The position numbers were made by a program, and so were the translations under genes. This document shows, in pieces, positions 15,933-25,144 of a DNA stretch of 64,000 nt (the stretch's first letter is position 1; each line of letters begins with the position of its first letter). The stretch is from an uncultured Acidobacteriota bacterium. Its GTDB lineage: Bacteria; Acidobacteriota; Vicinamibacteria; Vicinamibacterales; CAVPJW01. The DNA is taken from contig CAVPJW010000003.1 in assembly GCA_963705525.1 (NCBI GenBank), positions 339,976 through 403,975 of the forward strand. Direction: 5' to 3'. Below the pieces are notes generated by a model, which worked only from the letters and a program-made list of their open reading frames with translations, was not told the origin of the DNA and made no database searches.

Positions 15933-17014
15933 TTCCCCGTTCCATCCATCAACTCGTACGCGCGTGCGACGCCGTGCGGGAACACGCCGACGTCCTTGAT
16001 GTCCGGGAAGTGCGCGGCGTGCGCGCGCATGTCGATCTGCTTCGCGGCCTCCTCCCAGGGCACCTTCGCCGCGTGCAGCTTCTCGGCCTGCGTCCAGAAG
16101 TCCTTCAGATACTCCTGAAAGTATCCCACTCGATCTTTGCCTTTGAACGCCTGGCCATGGCCCGGCAGCACCACGTCGAAATCGAGCGCCTTCACCTTCT
16201 CGAGCGTCTCGACCCACTCGAGCGGGTACGCATCGCCGATATAGGAGATGCCCGCGGTCATGAGATCGCCGGTGATCAAGACACGCTCCTTCGGCAAAAA
16301 GACGACGATGTCGCCGCCGGTGTGGCCACGTCCGAGAAACAGCAGGCGAACCTCGCGGTTGCCACGAAAGAGCGTCATCGACTGCGTCATCGTTACCGTC
16401 GGCGCAACGGGCTTGACCGCAGCCGTCGCGGCCAGCTCGTTCTCCTGCACGGCGAGCTGTTCCTGCAGCTTCGTCCGTTCGTCAGGTTTCGCCGCGGCGA
16501 TCTGCTGTTTCATTTTTTCGATCTGAGCGGGAAGGCCGCCGATGAAAAAGTTGTACGAGCGCCCGCCCTTGGAGCTGCCCGCCAGGATCATCTGCCGCGT
16601 GAACTCGTGGCCGATGATCTCGACATCTGCCGGAAAAATCTGATTGCCGTGAACGTGGTCGAAATGAAAATGCGTGTTGACGAGGAACTTCACCGGCTTC
16701 GGCGTGATGGACTTCAGCTCTTCGACGAGCGCCCACGCGGCCGCCGGCGAGATGTGCGAATCGACGACCATGACGTCGTTGGCGTTGATGATGATCGACG
16801 CGTTGCAGCCGACGGCGACTTTCCCCGTACCCACCGCGTGATACACATCGTCCTGAATGCGGTTGAACGTGAAGGCTTGCCCCTGATAGTCGGCACCAGG
16901 CGGCTTGGTGTACTGCGCCTGCTGCGCGATCACCGTCAAGGCGAGGATGAGGACCAGCACGCCGCCCACTGTGGTTCTGGTCGATATCGACGCGAGGATC
17001 CGTTTCGACACCAT
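15929..17014 (-). CDS. MBL-fold metallo-hydrolase, secreted
   Basis: VNTHFHFDHVHGNQ, GRGHTGGD and LPGHG. Signal/TM MVSKRILASISTRTTVGGVLVLILALTVIAQQ. The ATG at 17014 is preceded by GGAGTG. Confidence 0.85.
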   Translation of the reverse strand: MVSKRILASISTRTTVGGVLVLILALTVIAQQAQYTKPPGADYQGQAFTFNRIQDDVYHAVGTGKVAVGCNASIIINANDVMVVDSHISPAAAWALVEELKSITPKPVKFLVNTHFHFDHVHGNQIFPADVEIIGHEFTRQMILAGSSKGGRSYNFFIGGLPAQIEKMKQQIAAAKPDERTKLQEQLAVQENELAATAAVKPVAPTVTMTQSMTLFRGNREVRLLFLGRGHTGGDIVVFLPKERVLITGDLMTAGISYIGDAYPLEWVETLEKVKALDFDVVLPGHGQAFKGKDRVGYFQEYLKDFWTQAEKLHAAKVPWEEAAKQIDMRAHAAHFPDIKDVGVFPHGVARAYELMDGTGK

Positions 17015-17188
17015 GTCGTCACTCCATGGATGCGACGGCGCGGCCGCCCGTCTGGCAGCCGCCAAGCCTATGTCGGCGCGCGCGCCCGTTTGTCGTCGTT
17101 TGTAATGCTGCGTCGCCCGCCTCGGGCCGCGGTCCCGAGCAATCGGCGGCCGGCACGGAGGCTATAAAGTAAGCGTAGACTATCCGCC

Positions 17189-18727
17189 ATGTCACGCTCA
17201 TTTCTGCTGGTTCTGCTCGTCACATTGACCACGACTCCCGCCAGCGGCCGCCGCGCCCCCGACACGATCTCGCTGGCCGACCTCAAGGACCGGATTGAGG
17301 GCGGATGGGCAGGCCAGATGATCGGCGTCAGCTTCGGTGCGCCGACTGAGTTCAGATATCTGGAAAAGACGATCGACGAGCCGCTCCCGGACTGGAAGCC
17401 GGAGAACGTCAGTAACGCGCTCGACCAGGACGACCTTTACGTGGACATGACCCTGGCGGAAGTCCTGGATGAGAAGGGACTGAGCGCTTCGTCTGACGAT
17501 TTCGGCGCCACGTTCAAGAACGCGCAGTACCGGCTGTGGCACGCCAACCTCGCCGCCCGTCGGGCACTCAAGCGCGGCGTTCCCGGGCGCGAGTCGGGCA
17601 CGCCACGCTACAACGCGCACGCCAACGATATCGATTTCCAGATTGAAGCCGACTTCATCGGCCTGATGGCGCCGGGACTGCCCGACGCCGCCACCGAGAT
17701 GTGCTCGCGCGTCGGACGCGTGATGAACTCCGGCGACGGGATCTTCGGCGGCATGTTCGTGTCGGCCATGTACGCCGCGGCGTTCTTCGAGACCGATCCG
17801 CGCAAGGTCGTCGAGGCTGGTGTCGCCGTGCTCCCGCCTGCGAGCCCCTACGCACAAACCATCGCCGATGTGCTCGCCTGGTCGAAAGACACACCTGACG
17901 ACTGGAAGGCCGTGTGGCAGAAGATCGAGAAGAAATGGAACACGCGCGAGCCGTGTCCTGAGGGGGCGCTGAAGCCCTTCAACATCGACGCGAAGCTGAA
18001 CGGCGCGTACATCGCTCTCGGCCTGCTTTTCGGGCAGGGTGACTTCGGCAAGACGATCGAGATCGCCGCACGCGCAGGGCAGGACTCCGACTGCAACCCC
18101 TCGAATGCGGGCGGCGTGCTCGGCGCAATGATTGGCTACAGTAGGATTCCCGACGTCTGGAAGTCAGGCATCCCCGCCATCGCCGATTCGAAGTTCAACT
18201 ACACGAAATATACCTTCCATACAATCGTCGACAGCACGATGGCGCGCGCGATCAAGCTGGTCGAACAGAATGGCGGACATGTTCAGGGAAACGTCATGAC
18301 CCTCACCCGCCAGACCGCGAAGCCTTCGCAGGACACGTGGTGGGACGATTACGGTTCCCCAGCCGAGCGCATCGCCGTCGCCGATCCGCGCTGGAAGTTC
18401 ACTGGGACGTGGGACCTCAAGGATGACACTCGCGTGGCAGCGACCAGGGGCGCCGAGGCGACAATCGAGTTCGAGGGGACGGGCGCGATCGTCGTCGGCA
18501 CGTACCTGGTCACGGGCGGGCGCGCTGACGTCTACATGGACGGTGCGTTCAACAGGAGCATCGATGGGTACTCCGACGAAGAGGAGTCCAAGACGTCGGA
18601 GGCGCTCTGGCATGCATTCAAGCTGTCACCGGGCCGGCATTCGATCAGGCTCGTCGTTCGAGGCGAACCGTTCGAGAGTTCGCGCGGTTCGGATATCGTC
18701 CTGAAGGATCTGGTGGTCTTCCGTTAG
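17189..18727 (+). CDS. ADP-ribosylglycohydrolase family protein with a signal peptide and a C-terminal beta-sandwich-like extension
   Basis: DRIEGGWAGQMIGVSFGAPTEF N-terminal motif and AGQDSDCNPSNAGGVLGAMIGY (ARH-type metal site). Signal MSRSFLLVLLVTLTTTPASG. Confidence 0.75.
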   Translation: MSRSFLLVLLVTLTTTPASGRRAPDTISLADLKDRIEGGWAGQMIGVSFGAPTEFRYLEKTIDEPLPDWKPENVSNALDQDDLYVDMTLAEVLDEKGLSASSDDFGATFKNAQYRLWHANLAARRALKRGVPGRESGTPRYNAHANDIDFQIEADFIGLMAPGLPDAATEMCSRVGRVMNSGDGIFGGMFVSAMYAAAFFETDPRKVVEAGVAVLPPASPYAQTIADVLAWSKDTPDDWKAVWQKIEKKWNTREPCPEGALKPFNIDAKLNGAYIALGLLFGQGDFGKTIEIAARAGQDSDCNPSNAGGVLGAMIGYSRIPDVWKSGIPAIADSKFNYTKYTFHTIVDSTMARAIKLVEQNGGHVQGNVMTLTRQTAKPSQDTWWDDYGSPAERIAVADPRWKFTGTWDLKDDTRVAATRGAEATIEFEGTGAIVVGTYLVTGGRADVYMDGAFNRSIDGYSDEEESKTSEALWHAFKLSPGRHSIRLVVRGEPFESSRGSDIVLKDLVVFR

Positions 18728-19722
18728 GCCGCGCGGTGTCGCAACCGATCGAGCACGACGGCGGTCACGATGATGACGCCCGTGACGATCTCCTGTACCC
18801 AGTTCGAAATGCCAAGATGGGTGCAGCCGGATCGAATAAGGGTCATGAGCAGGGCGCCCACGAGTGATCCTGCGACCGACCCTTCACCCCCCGAGAGCGA
18901 TCCCCCACCGATCACGACCGAGGCTATGACATCCAGTTCGAGTCCCTGAGCGACGGTGGGATCGCCAACTGTCAGCCTCGAGAACTGCATCAGGCCGGCC
19001 AGGCCGTACGTCGCGGACGCGAGCGCGTACACCACACCTTTCGTCAGTCCAATGCGGATGCCGGACAGCCTCGCCGTCAGTTCGTTCGATCCGATCGCAA
19101 AGACGTGGCGCCCGAATCGCGTGTACCGCAGGAGCGCACCGGTCATGAGCGCCATGACGACCAGTACCCAGACTCCTGGAGGCACGAGACTCCAGGATCC
19201 CGGCGCGACATCCGCGATTAGGTCGTTCAGCCACGTGAGCGGTGCGTCGATCTTCTGCTCGCCCGCCAGCCCTTTCGCGGCGCCACGGATGATGCCCATT
19301 GCCCCGAGCGTCACGATGAACGGGATGACGCGAAGCATGGCAACGAGCGAACCGATGAAGAGCCCGCATGCGGACGCCACGAAGATTCCACCGAGCGCCG
19401 CGACCAACGGCGTGGCGCCTTTCTGCAGGAAGGCGGCGATCACAACCGTCGTCAGGGCCACGGTCGATCCCACGGACAGATCGATTCCTCCAAGCACGAT
19501 GACCATCGTCATGCCCAGGGCGGCCAGGCCGACAACGGTCGTCTGCCGCACCATCGTCTGCAGATTGTCGAGCGTGGCGAACGTCTCCGGAGAGAGCGCG
19601 GAGAAGATGGCGTAGATCACCAGCCACGCCGCAAGCGGTCCGGGCCAGCCCGACCGCGTGAGGGCCCGGCGAATCAACGAGGCCGGGCGGACGGCAGACG
19701 ACGATTCGCGTGGGCTCGTCAT
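18724..19722 (-). CDS. sugar ABC transporter permease (RbsC/monosaccharide type)
   Basis: Polytopic hydrophobic protein with GGIDLSVGS and the GGxxLxGGxGS signatures of CUT2 permeases. 4-nt overlap with the ATPase gene. Confidence 0.85.
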   Translation of the reverse strand: MTSPRESSSAVRPASLIRRALTRSGWPGPLAAWLVIYAIFSALSPETFATLDNLQTMVRQTTVVGLAALGMTMVIVLGGIDLSVGSTVALTTVVIAAFLQKGATPLVAALGGIFVASACGLFIGSLVAMLRVIPFIVTLGAMGIIRGAAKGLAGEQKIDAPLTWLNDLIADVAPGSWSLVPPGVWVLVVMALMTGALLRYTRFGRHVFAIGSNELTARLSGIRIGLTKGVVYALASATYGLAGLMQFSRLTVGDPTVAQGLELDVIASVVIGGGSLSGGEGSVAGSLVGALLMTLIRSGCTHLGISNWVQEIVTGVIIVTAVVLDRLRHRAA

Positions 19723-21230
19723 GCCGAGTTCTGGAGCGATTCTGATCCGCCCGTCGCCTCGAGGAGGAGCGCGTCTTCGCTGAGCTCGGCGACGGGCCTG
19801 GCCGGACCGAGAACGCCGCGGTACATGACGGACACGGCGTCGCAGACGCCGAGCAGCTCGGGAAGGGAGCTACTGACCATCAGAACCGCCTTGCCCTCGC
19901 GGGCGAGCCTGTCGATCAGTTGATAGATCGCGATCTTGCTGGAGACATCCACGCCGCGCGTCGGTTCGTCCAAGAGAAAGACATCCACGCCGCTGTGCAG
20001 CAGGCGCGCGATCGCGACCTTCTGCTGATTGCCGCCCGAGAGCTCGCCGATGGGCTGAGAGACGTCGCGGCAGCGAATCGAGAGCTCCTCGATGTGGGGC
20101 TGGCAAGCCCGCGCCTGCTCTCGACGAAACACGAGCGGCCCCGGACCAAGACCGGACAGCCGGGCCATCGTCAGGTTGTCCGCGACGGACAGAGTCGGCG
20201 CCAGCCCTTCGAGCGCGCGATCTTCACTCACGAATCCCACGCCCTGAGCGAGCCGCTTGGACGGTGACGCCGGACCAGTCACGACGCCAATGCGGATGTC
20301 GCCGCGGCGGACCGGGTCGAGTCCGAAGATGGATCGAAGAAGTTCCGTGCGGCCGGCTCCGACCAGTCCGGCGATGCCGAGCACCGTTCCGCCGCAGAGC
20401 GTGAGGCTCGCCGAAGCCGGTCGCTGCCGGCCCGCCAGCTCCTTGGTCTCGAGCACGGCGGCTCCGGCCGTATGAGGCGACCGGGGAAAGAACTCTTCGA
20501 TCTCGCGGCCCGCCATCATCTCCACCATCTCCATCACCGACACGTCGCGCGTCGTGCCGGCGCCCACCGTCCGGCCGTCTCTGAGCACGGTGAAGCGGTC
20601 CGTCACGCGACGCAGCTCTTCGAGAAAGTGCGAGATATAGATGACGGCCAGACCTCGACTGCGCAGCCGGCTGATGACGGCGAACAGACGATCGATCTCG
20701 GCTGCAGACAGGCTGCTGGTTGGTTCGTCGAGTATGAGCACTCGACAGGACGGCTGCGCGATGGCGCGCGCGATCTCGACCATCTGGCGCGCAGCGGGCG
20801 AGAGATCGCCGACGCGCGCCTCCGGCGATAAGTCGCGCTGCTCGAGCTCACCGAGCGCCTCAAGGGACCGTCGCCGCACTTCATGCCGACGAACGAGTCC
20901 GAAGATCGTTGGCTCCGCGCCGAGGAAGATGTTCTCCTCGACCGACAAGTGCGGCGCGAGGCTCAACTCCTGGTAGACCATCGCGACGCCGCAGTCGCGC
21001 GCCTCTTTGGGATTGCGCGGCCGGTATTCCTCGCCGTCGAGGAGAATTCGCCCTTCGTCAGGGTAATACGCGCCCGAGAGCAGCTTCATCAGCGTGCTCT
21101 TGCCGGCGCCGTTTTCGCCGACGACCGCGTGCACTTCTCCCGGCTCGACGTCGAGATCCACGCCGGCGAGCGCGACCGTCGGACCGAACGCCTTGCGCAC
21201 GCCTCGAACGACCAAGCGGGGGGCAGGCAC
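19719..21230 (-). CDS. sugar ABC transporter ATP-binding protein (two fused ATPase domains, RbsA-like)
   Basis: Walker A GENGAGKST, LSGGNQQKV and LLDEPTRGVD. I prefer the GTG at 21230 because the track start at 21320 would overlap the binding-protein gene by 77 nt. Confidence 0.85.
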   Translation of the reverse strand: MPAPRLVVRGVRKAFGPTVALAGVDLDVEPGEVHAVVGENGAGKSTLMKLLSGAYYPDEGRILLDGEEYRPRNPKEARDCGVAMVYQELSLAPHLSVEENIFLGAEPTIFGLVRRHEVRRRSLEALGELEQRDLSPEARVGDLSPAARQMVEIARAIAQPSCRVLILDEPTSSLSAAEIDRLFAVISRLRSRGLAVIYISHFLEELRRVTDRFTVLRDGRTVGAGTTRDVSVMEMVEMMAGREIEEFFPRSPHTAGAAVLETKELAGRQRPASASLTLCGGTVLGIAGLVGAGRTELLRSIFGLDPVRRGDIRIGVVTGPASPSKRLAQGVGFVSEDRALEGLAPTLSVADNLTMARLSGLGPGPLVFRREQARACQPHIEELSIRCRDVSQPIGELSGGNQQKVAIARLLHSGVDVFLLDEPTRGVDVSSKIAIYQLIDRLAREGKAVLMVSSSLPELLGVCDAVSVMYRGVLGPARPVAELSEDALLLEATGGSESLQNSA

Positions 21231-21243
21231 GAGGTCTCTTATG

Positions 21244-22254
21244 TCACTTGAGGTATTCGTCGAGGCTGGGATTGAGGCGCGCGTGCACGTCGGGTTGATT
21301 GGCGTTCTCCGGCGTCGCAATCATGGCGCCCGTGTCGACGCGCTTGTCGATGGGCTGTCCGCGAAGATGACGGACAAGCAGCGTGACCGACATGTATCCC
21401 ATCTTGAAGGGATCCTGAAGGACAAGGCCCTGGATCTCGCCCTTGCGCAGCGAGTCGGCCAGCTTGTCCGAACTGTCGAAGCCGACGAACCTGATCTTCC
21501 CGGCGAGGTTGGCGTTCTGGAGCGCGCGCAGCATGCCGAACGTCGTGGACTCGTTCGGACAGAAGATCCCGTCGACGCCGCCCTCGGCCGCCTTGAATGC
21601 CGTCAGCAGGTTCTCGCTCGCACGAAATGCCGTTTCCGTGGTGACGCCGCCGTACTGGTTCGAACTGATGACCGTGATTCCCGGATACGCGGCAACGGCA
21701 TCGAGAAATCCCTGTTCTCGCTTGGTCGTGCTCGCGGATCCTTCCTGGAGGCGAAGCAGGATGACCTTTCCCCGCTCGCCGAGCAGCCTGGCCAGATGGT
21801 CGCCGCCCAGCCGACCTCCGCGATAGTTGTCGGTTGCGACAAAACTGATCTGGTCGCCGCCGTCCAGGTCTGAATCGAAGACGAGCACCGGAATACCCGC
21901 ACGCGACGCCGATCGGACCGACTGGCGAAGCGCCTTGTCGTCGAGCGGCGCGAGCGCGATGCCCGAGACGCGCCGTGCCCGGAAGTCGTCAACGACCTTG
22001 ATTTGTTCCTCGCGGTCGTCTTCCCTCAAGGGGCCCTTCCAGGAGATGTCCACGTCGAGTTCGCGCGCCGCCTTCACAGCACCCGCGTGAACGGATTTCC
22101 AGAATTCGTGGGTCGTCCCCTTCGGAATGACGGCGAGGGTCAGTCGGCCCGAAGAAGGTGCCTGACTCTGACGTGAGCACGCCGACAGGAGGGCGAACCC
22201 TCCGAACACAGCCAGCACGGCGACCCACGTCCGCGATTGCGTGGTTGGCATCAT
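21244..22254 (-). CDS. sugar ABC transporter substrate-binding lipoprotein (RbsB-like)
   Basis: Lipobox FALLSACS. Periplasmic-binding-protein type I sequence (LAVIPKGTTHEFW, FVATDNYRGG). Confidence 0.85.
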   Translation of the reverse strand: MMPTTQSRTWVAVLAVFGGFALLSACSRQSQAPSSGRLTLAVIPKGTTHEFWKSVHAGAVKAARELDVDISWKGPLREDDREEQIKVVDDFRARRVSGIALAPLDDKALRQSVRSASRAGIPVLVFDSDLDGGDQISFVATDNYRGGRLGGDHLARLLGERGKVILLRLQEGSASTTKREQGFLDAVAAYPGITVISSNQYGGVTTETAFRASENLLTAFKAAEGGVDGIFCPNESTTFGMLRALQNANLAGKIRFVGFDSSDKLADSLRKGEIQGLVLQDPFKMGYMSVTLLVRHLRGQPIDKRVDTGAMIATPENANQPDVHARLNPSLDEYLK

Positions 22255-22282
22255 CGACCCGTCTCAATCAGCGCGCGGCCGT

Positions 22283-23755
22283 TTACCGGATCGCGGCGGG
22301 CGCCTTCTGTCCTTCGGGGATCAACGTGACCCACGGCAAGGGATCTCGTATGGCTTTGAAGTCGGCTCGCGCCCTGTCGAGAAGCGCCGGCGAGAGCAGC
22401 ACTTCAAGCGTCGACGATGCCAGCGTTTTCGCGGCCACCATCATGCCCTTCTCGCCAATCGTCATGCCCGTGCAGGCCACGATCTGCCAGCTGTGGCCTG
22501 GCGCGCCATATGTGTAACTTGCCACGGTCAATTGAGCTACCGGCACGAACCAGCTGAGATCGCCCACATCGGTCGACGCGAGCTCCTGCCCGGGCGCGTC
22601 GGGCATCGGCTTGACGGCTTCCGAAAGCGCGAGGTCGAACTTCCGCCCGAGCGGCTCCTGTGTCTTTTGCGCGAACGCCTTTTCGTCGTTGGAGAACGTC
22701 GGCGCACCCACCATCTTGAGGTTGCGATCGACGACTTCGGACAATGTCCGGTTCGGCAGCACTTCGTGCATGTCGGTGTCCACACGAATCGTCTGGAGCT
22801 TGGTGCGCGTCATCGCCGCAGCCGCTTGCGCGATCTCACTGATCCACTTGAAGTACTCCTCGACGTCGGCATGACGGTCGGCGCGTATGTAGTACCAGAC
22901 TTCCGCCTCCGGCGGGACGACGTTGGGCTGGCCGCCGCCGTTGGTGATCACGTAGTGAATGCGTGCGTCCTGCTTGACGTGCTCGCGCATGTAGTTGACG
23001 CCGTTGTCCATCAGCTCCACGGCGTCCAGGGCGCTCCGTCCGAGGTATGGAGAGGTCGAGGCATGAGCCGGCAGTCCGGAGAAATGAAACTTCACCGACA
23101 CGTTTGCCTTGGTGTAGTTGAAAGCGGATTCCGTCTCGTCACCGGCGTGCCAGGTGAACAGCGCATCGGCGTCCTTGATCAGGCCCTCGCGGAGCATGTA
23201 CGTCTTGCCGATCCCCGTTTCCTCCGCGGGCGTGCCATAGAGCCGAATGGTGCCGCGAGCGGTGCCGGCCTCGATCTGTTGTTTCACCGCGATGGCCGCC
23301 GCCGTGCTGGCGGTGCCGAATATGCTGTGGCCGCACCCGTGGCCGGCGTTGACGTCCGGACGGGCCTGGCGCTCGGGCACGGCGTCCTGTGAAAGACCAG
23401 GAAGCGCGTCGAACTCGGCCAGGATGCCCACGATGGGATGACCCGAACCGTAGGACGCGACGAACGCGGTCGGCATGCCCGCAACCCCGGCGTCGATCGC
23501 AAACCCGTTGGCTCGCAGAACATCCTGGAGCTCCTTCGACGATCGGGTCTCCTGCAGCCCGACCTCGGCATACGACCAGATATTCTTGTTGATGCGCTTG
23601 AAGGTGTCCGCCTTCTGGTCGAGCCACGTGATTGCAGCCTTCTTGACCGCCGCATTCCGATCGTCCGACGCGGTTTGAGCGTGAACGAACCGACACCGAC
23701 ACACGACGAGAACGATTGCAGTTCGAACCGCCGCGCGGGCGGAGTAGACGGTCAT
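22283..23755 (-). CDS. M20 family amidohydrolase (AbgB / aminobenzoyl-glutamate hydrolase-like), secreted
   Basis: AGHGCGHSIFGTAS, LYGTPAEETGIGK and an M20 dimerisation region, with an N-terminal signal. Confidence 0.8.
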   Translation of the reverse strand: MTVYSARAAVRTAIVLVVCRCRFVHAQTASDDRNAAVKKAAITWLDQKADTFKRINKNIWSYAEVGLQETRSSKELQDVLRANGFAIDAGVAGMPTAFVASYGSGHPIVGILAEFDALPGLSQDAVPERQARPDVNAGHGCGHSIFGTASTAAAIAVKQQIEAGTARGTIRLYGTPAEETGIGKTYMLREGLIKDADALFTWHAGDETESAFNYTKANVSVKFHFSGLPAHASTSPYLGRSALDAVELMDNGVNYMREHVKQDARIHYVITNGGGQPNVVPPEAEVWYYIRADRHADVEEYFKWISEIAQAAAAMTRTKLQTIRVDTDMHEVLPNRTLSEVVDRNLKMVGAPTFSNDEKAFAQKTQEPLGRKFDLALSEAVKPMPDAPGQELASTDVGDLSWFVPVAQLTVASYTYGAPGHSWQIVACTGMTIGEKGMMVAAKTLASSTLEVLLSPALLDRARADFKAIRDPLPWVTLIPEGQKAPAAIR

Positions 23756-23778
23756 GACAGGCTCCTGTGGTGCGGATT

Positions 23779-24540
23779 CTACATGACGCCCAGGATGGCG
23801 AAGATCCTGGTCGGTCCCCCGCTCCCGCCCATGACGTTGATGGGCGCCACGATGACCGTGAACCCGGTGGCGGGGAGAGCGGTCAGATTGGCCGCATTTT
23901 CAATGTGGTACACGTTGAGCGGCATCGTCACATGATGGGTCTCGAACGCGGCCGAGGCGCCGTAGTCGACGCTCGCCGTATCGATGCCGATCGCCGCCAC
24001 CTTTCGATCCTTCGCGAGGTAGGTCGCCGCCTCCACGGAAATTCCGGGAAAATGCTTCACGCCGTTCCTGACATTCATATAGCGCGACGGCGTGGACCAG
24101 AAACGGTCCCAGCCCGTTGCCACCAGAACCGCCGCACCCTCGGGTATAGCACCCGCCTTTGATTCGAATGCACGCACATCGTCGAGCGTGAGCCGGTAGT
24201 CGTCATCGACCCCGGCTCTTCCGGCGACGTTGATGCACACGCCGGGACGCATCAGCCGCTCGACCGGTATGCGATCCGTCGTCCACTCACCGCCGAAATG
24301 CGCCGGCGCGTCCAGGTGCGTCCCGAAATGCTCTTCAGTCGTGAACTTGCCGGTGGCGTAGCCGTCCTTGGCGACCGTCGAGGTCACTGTGCGGTTGAAC
24401 ACGGGCGTGCCGTCCCAGCTCGGATCGGTCGCAGAGAGCGGATGACCGAGGTCGATCATCTTCGGCTGCGACTGCGCCTCAAGGGCCGCGGCCAGCACGA
24501 TCGCGAACGCCGACGTGAAGAGGGTTCTCATGACGCGCAT
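23779..24540 (-). CDS. cyclase family protein (kynurenine/arylformamidase-like), secreted
   Basis: EEHFGTHLDAPAHF motif and GIDTASVD. Signal MRVMRTLFTSAFAIVLAAALEAQ. The longer track ORF 23779..24903 fuses this gene to the upstream pseudogene frame. Confidence 0.8.
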   Translation of the reverse strand: MRVMRTLFTSAFAIVLAAALEAQSQPKMIDLGHPLSATDPSWDGTPVFNRTVTSTVAKDGYATGKFTTEEHFGTHLDAPAHFGGEWTTDRIPVERLMRPGVCINVAGRAGVDDDYRLTLDDVRAFESKAGAIPEGAAVLVATGWDRFWSTPSRYMNVRNGVKHFPGISVEAATYLAKDRKVAAIGIDTASVDYGASAAFETHHVTMPLNVYHIENAANLTALPATGFTVIVAPINVMGGSGGPTRIFAILGVM

Positions 24541-24541
24541 T

Positions 24542-24903
24542 CTACAGTCCGAGTTGCGCCTTGAGCCACTCCTGGCGATCCCGGCGAGCGTCCTGGTTGA
24601 GCCCGTGTCCGGCGTCGTACCAGCGCAGACTTGGGCTCGCTGGCGGCGGGGATGAACTCCTCGGCCTTCTCCTTCGGCACGTATGGATCGCCGCCCTCCC
24701 GAGGTGTTCACAAACGTCACGTTCCGGATCGTGGCGCCGCCGCGCGTCTCGCTGCCAACATCCCGGACGTCGAATGGGGCCGTGGCGTCGTAGCTGAACG
24801 TCGTCGCAGGCAGCTTGGGGAGGGCCCAGACACTCGCAGCGAGGGTGCCAGCCCCGACCGCGAACCCAAGTCCGCCGAGGACAAGAACCCGACCTTTCGT
24901 CAT
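24542..24903 (-). pseudogene. decayed remnant of an alpha/beta-hydrolase (dienelactone-hydrolase-like) gene
   Basis: Three frames carry fragments. The N-terminus is MTKGRVLVLGGLGFAVGAGTLAAS...ATIRNVTFVNTSGG. The middle is GDPYVPKEKAEEFIPAASEPKS. The C-terminus is LRWYDAGHGLNQDARRDRQEWLKAQLGL*. The nucleophile-containing core is absent. Confidence 0.5.
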
Positions 24904-25109
24904 ACGCCGATGCCTCCGAACCAGAAGACCGAATCAACGTCTAAATAGTTGTTCATCCAAGCCTCAGCCCGGCTGGGGTGTGCGAAATCCGGACGCCGAC
25001 TGGGGCTATTCGCTCCCTGCAGTGATGGATGCCGCAGTGGTAAGGACCAACGCCGTGATTTCTGGGACGACCGAGTCGGCGCCGCGCGCCGCTCGGCCCG
25101 GCTACCCGC

Positions 25110-25138
25110 TTGATCTTCTTGGTGCCTCGACTGATATT
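25110..25138 (+). promoter_or_regulatory. sigma70-like promoter TTGATC-N17-GATATT, 6 nt upstream of the histidine kinase ATG (leaderless candidate)
   Basis: TTGATC at 25110..25115 and GATATT at 25133..25138, with the ATG at 25145. No Shine-Dalgarno. Confidence 0.4.
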
Positions 25139-25144
25139 GCTCGC

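Noticed and set aside
23779-24903. A single 374-aa ORF covering the cyclase gene plus an N-terminal extension.
   Set aside because: The extension is one frame of the decayed hydrolase remnant, and the connecting stretch (RRSIRAEGEGRGVHPRRQRAQ...) is junk. The cyclase has its own signal peptide starting at ATG 24540.
24815-25144. The 110-codon N-terminal extension of the histidine kinase ORF (track start 24815).
   Set aside because: The extension is low-complexity and overlaps the divergent pseudogene start. The membrane domain begins at MRQRWSIGWGWILGV (ATG 25145), which has a promoter directly upstream.
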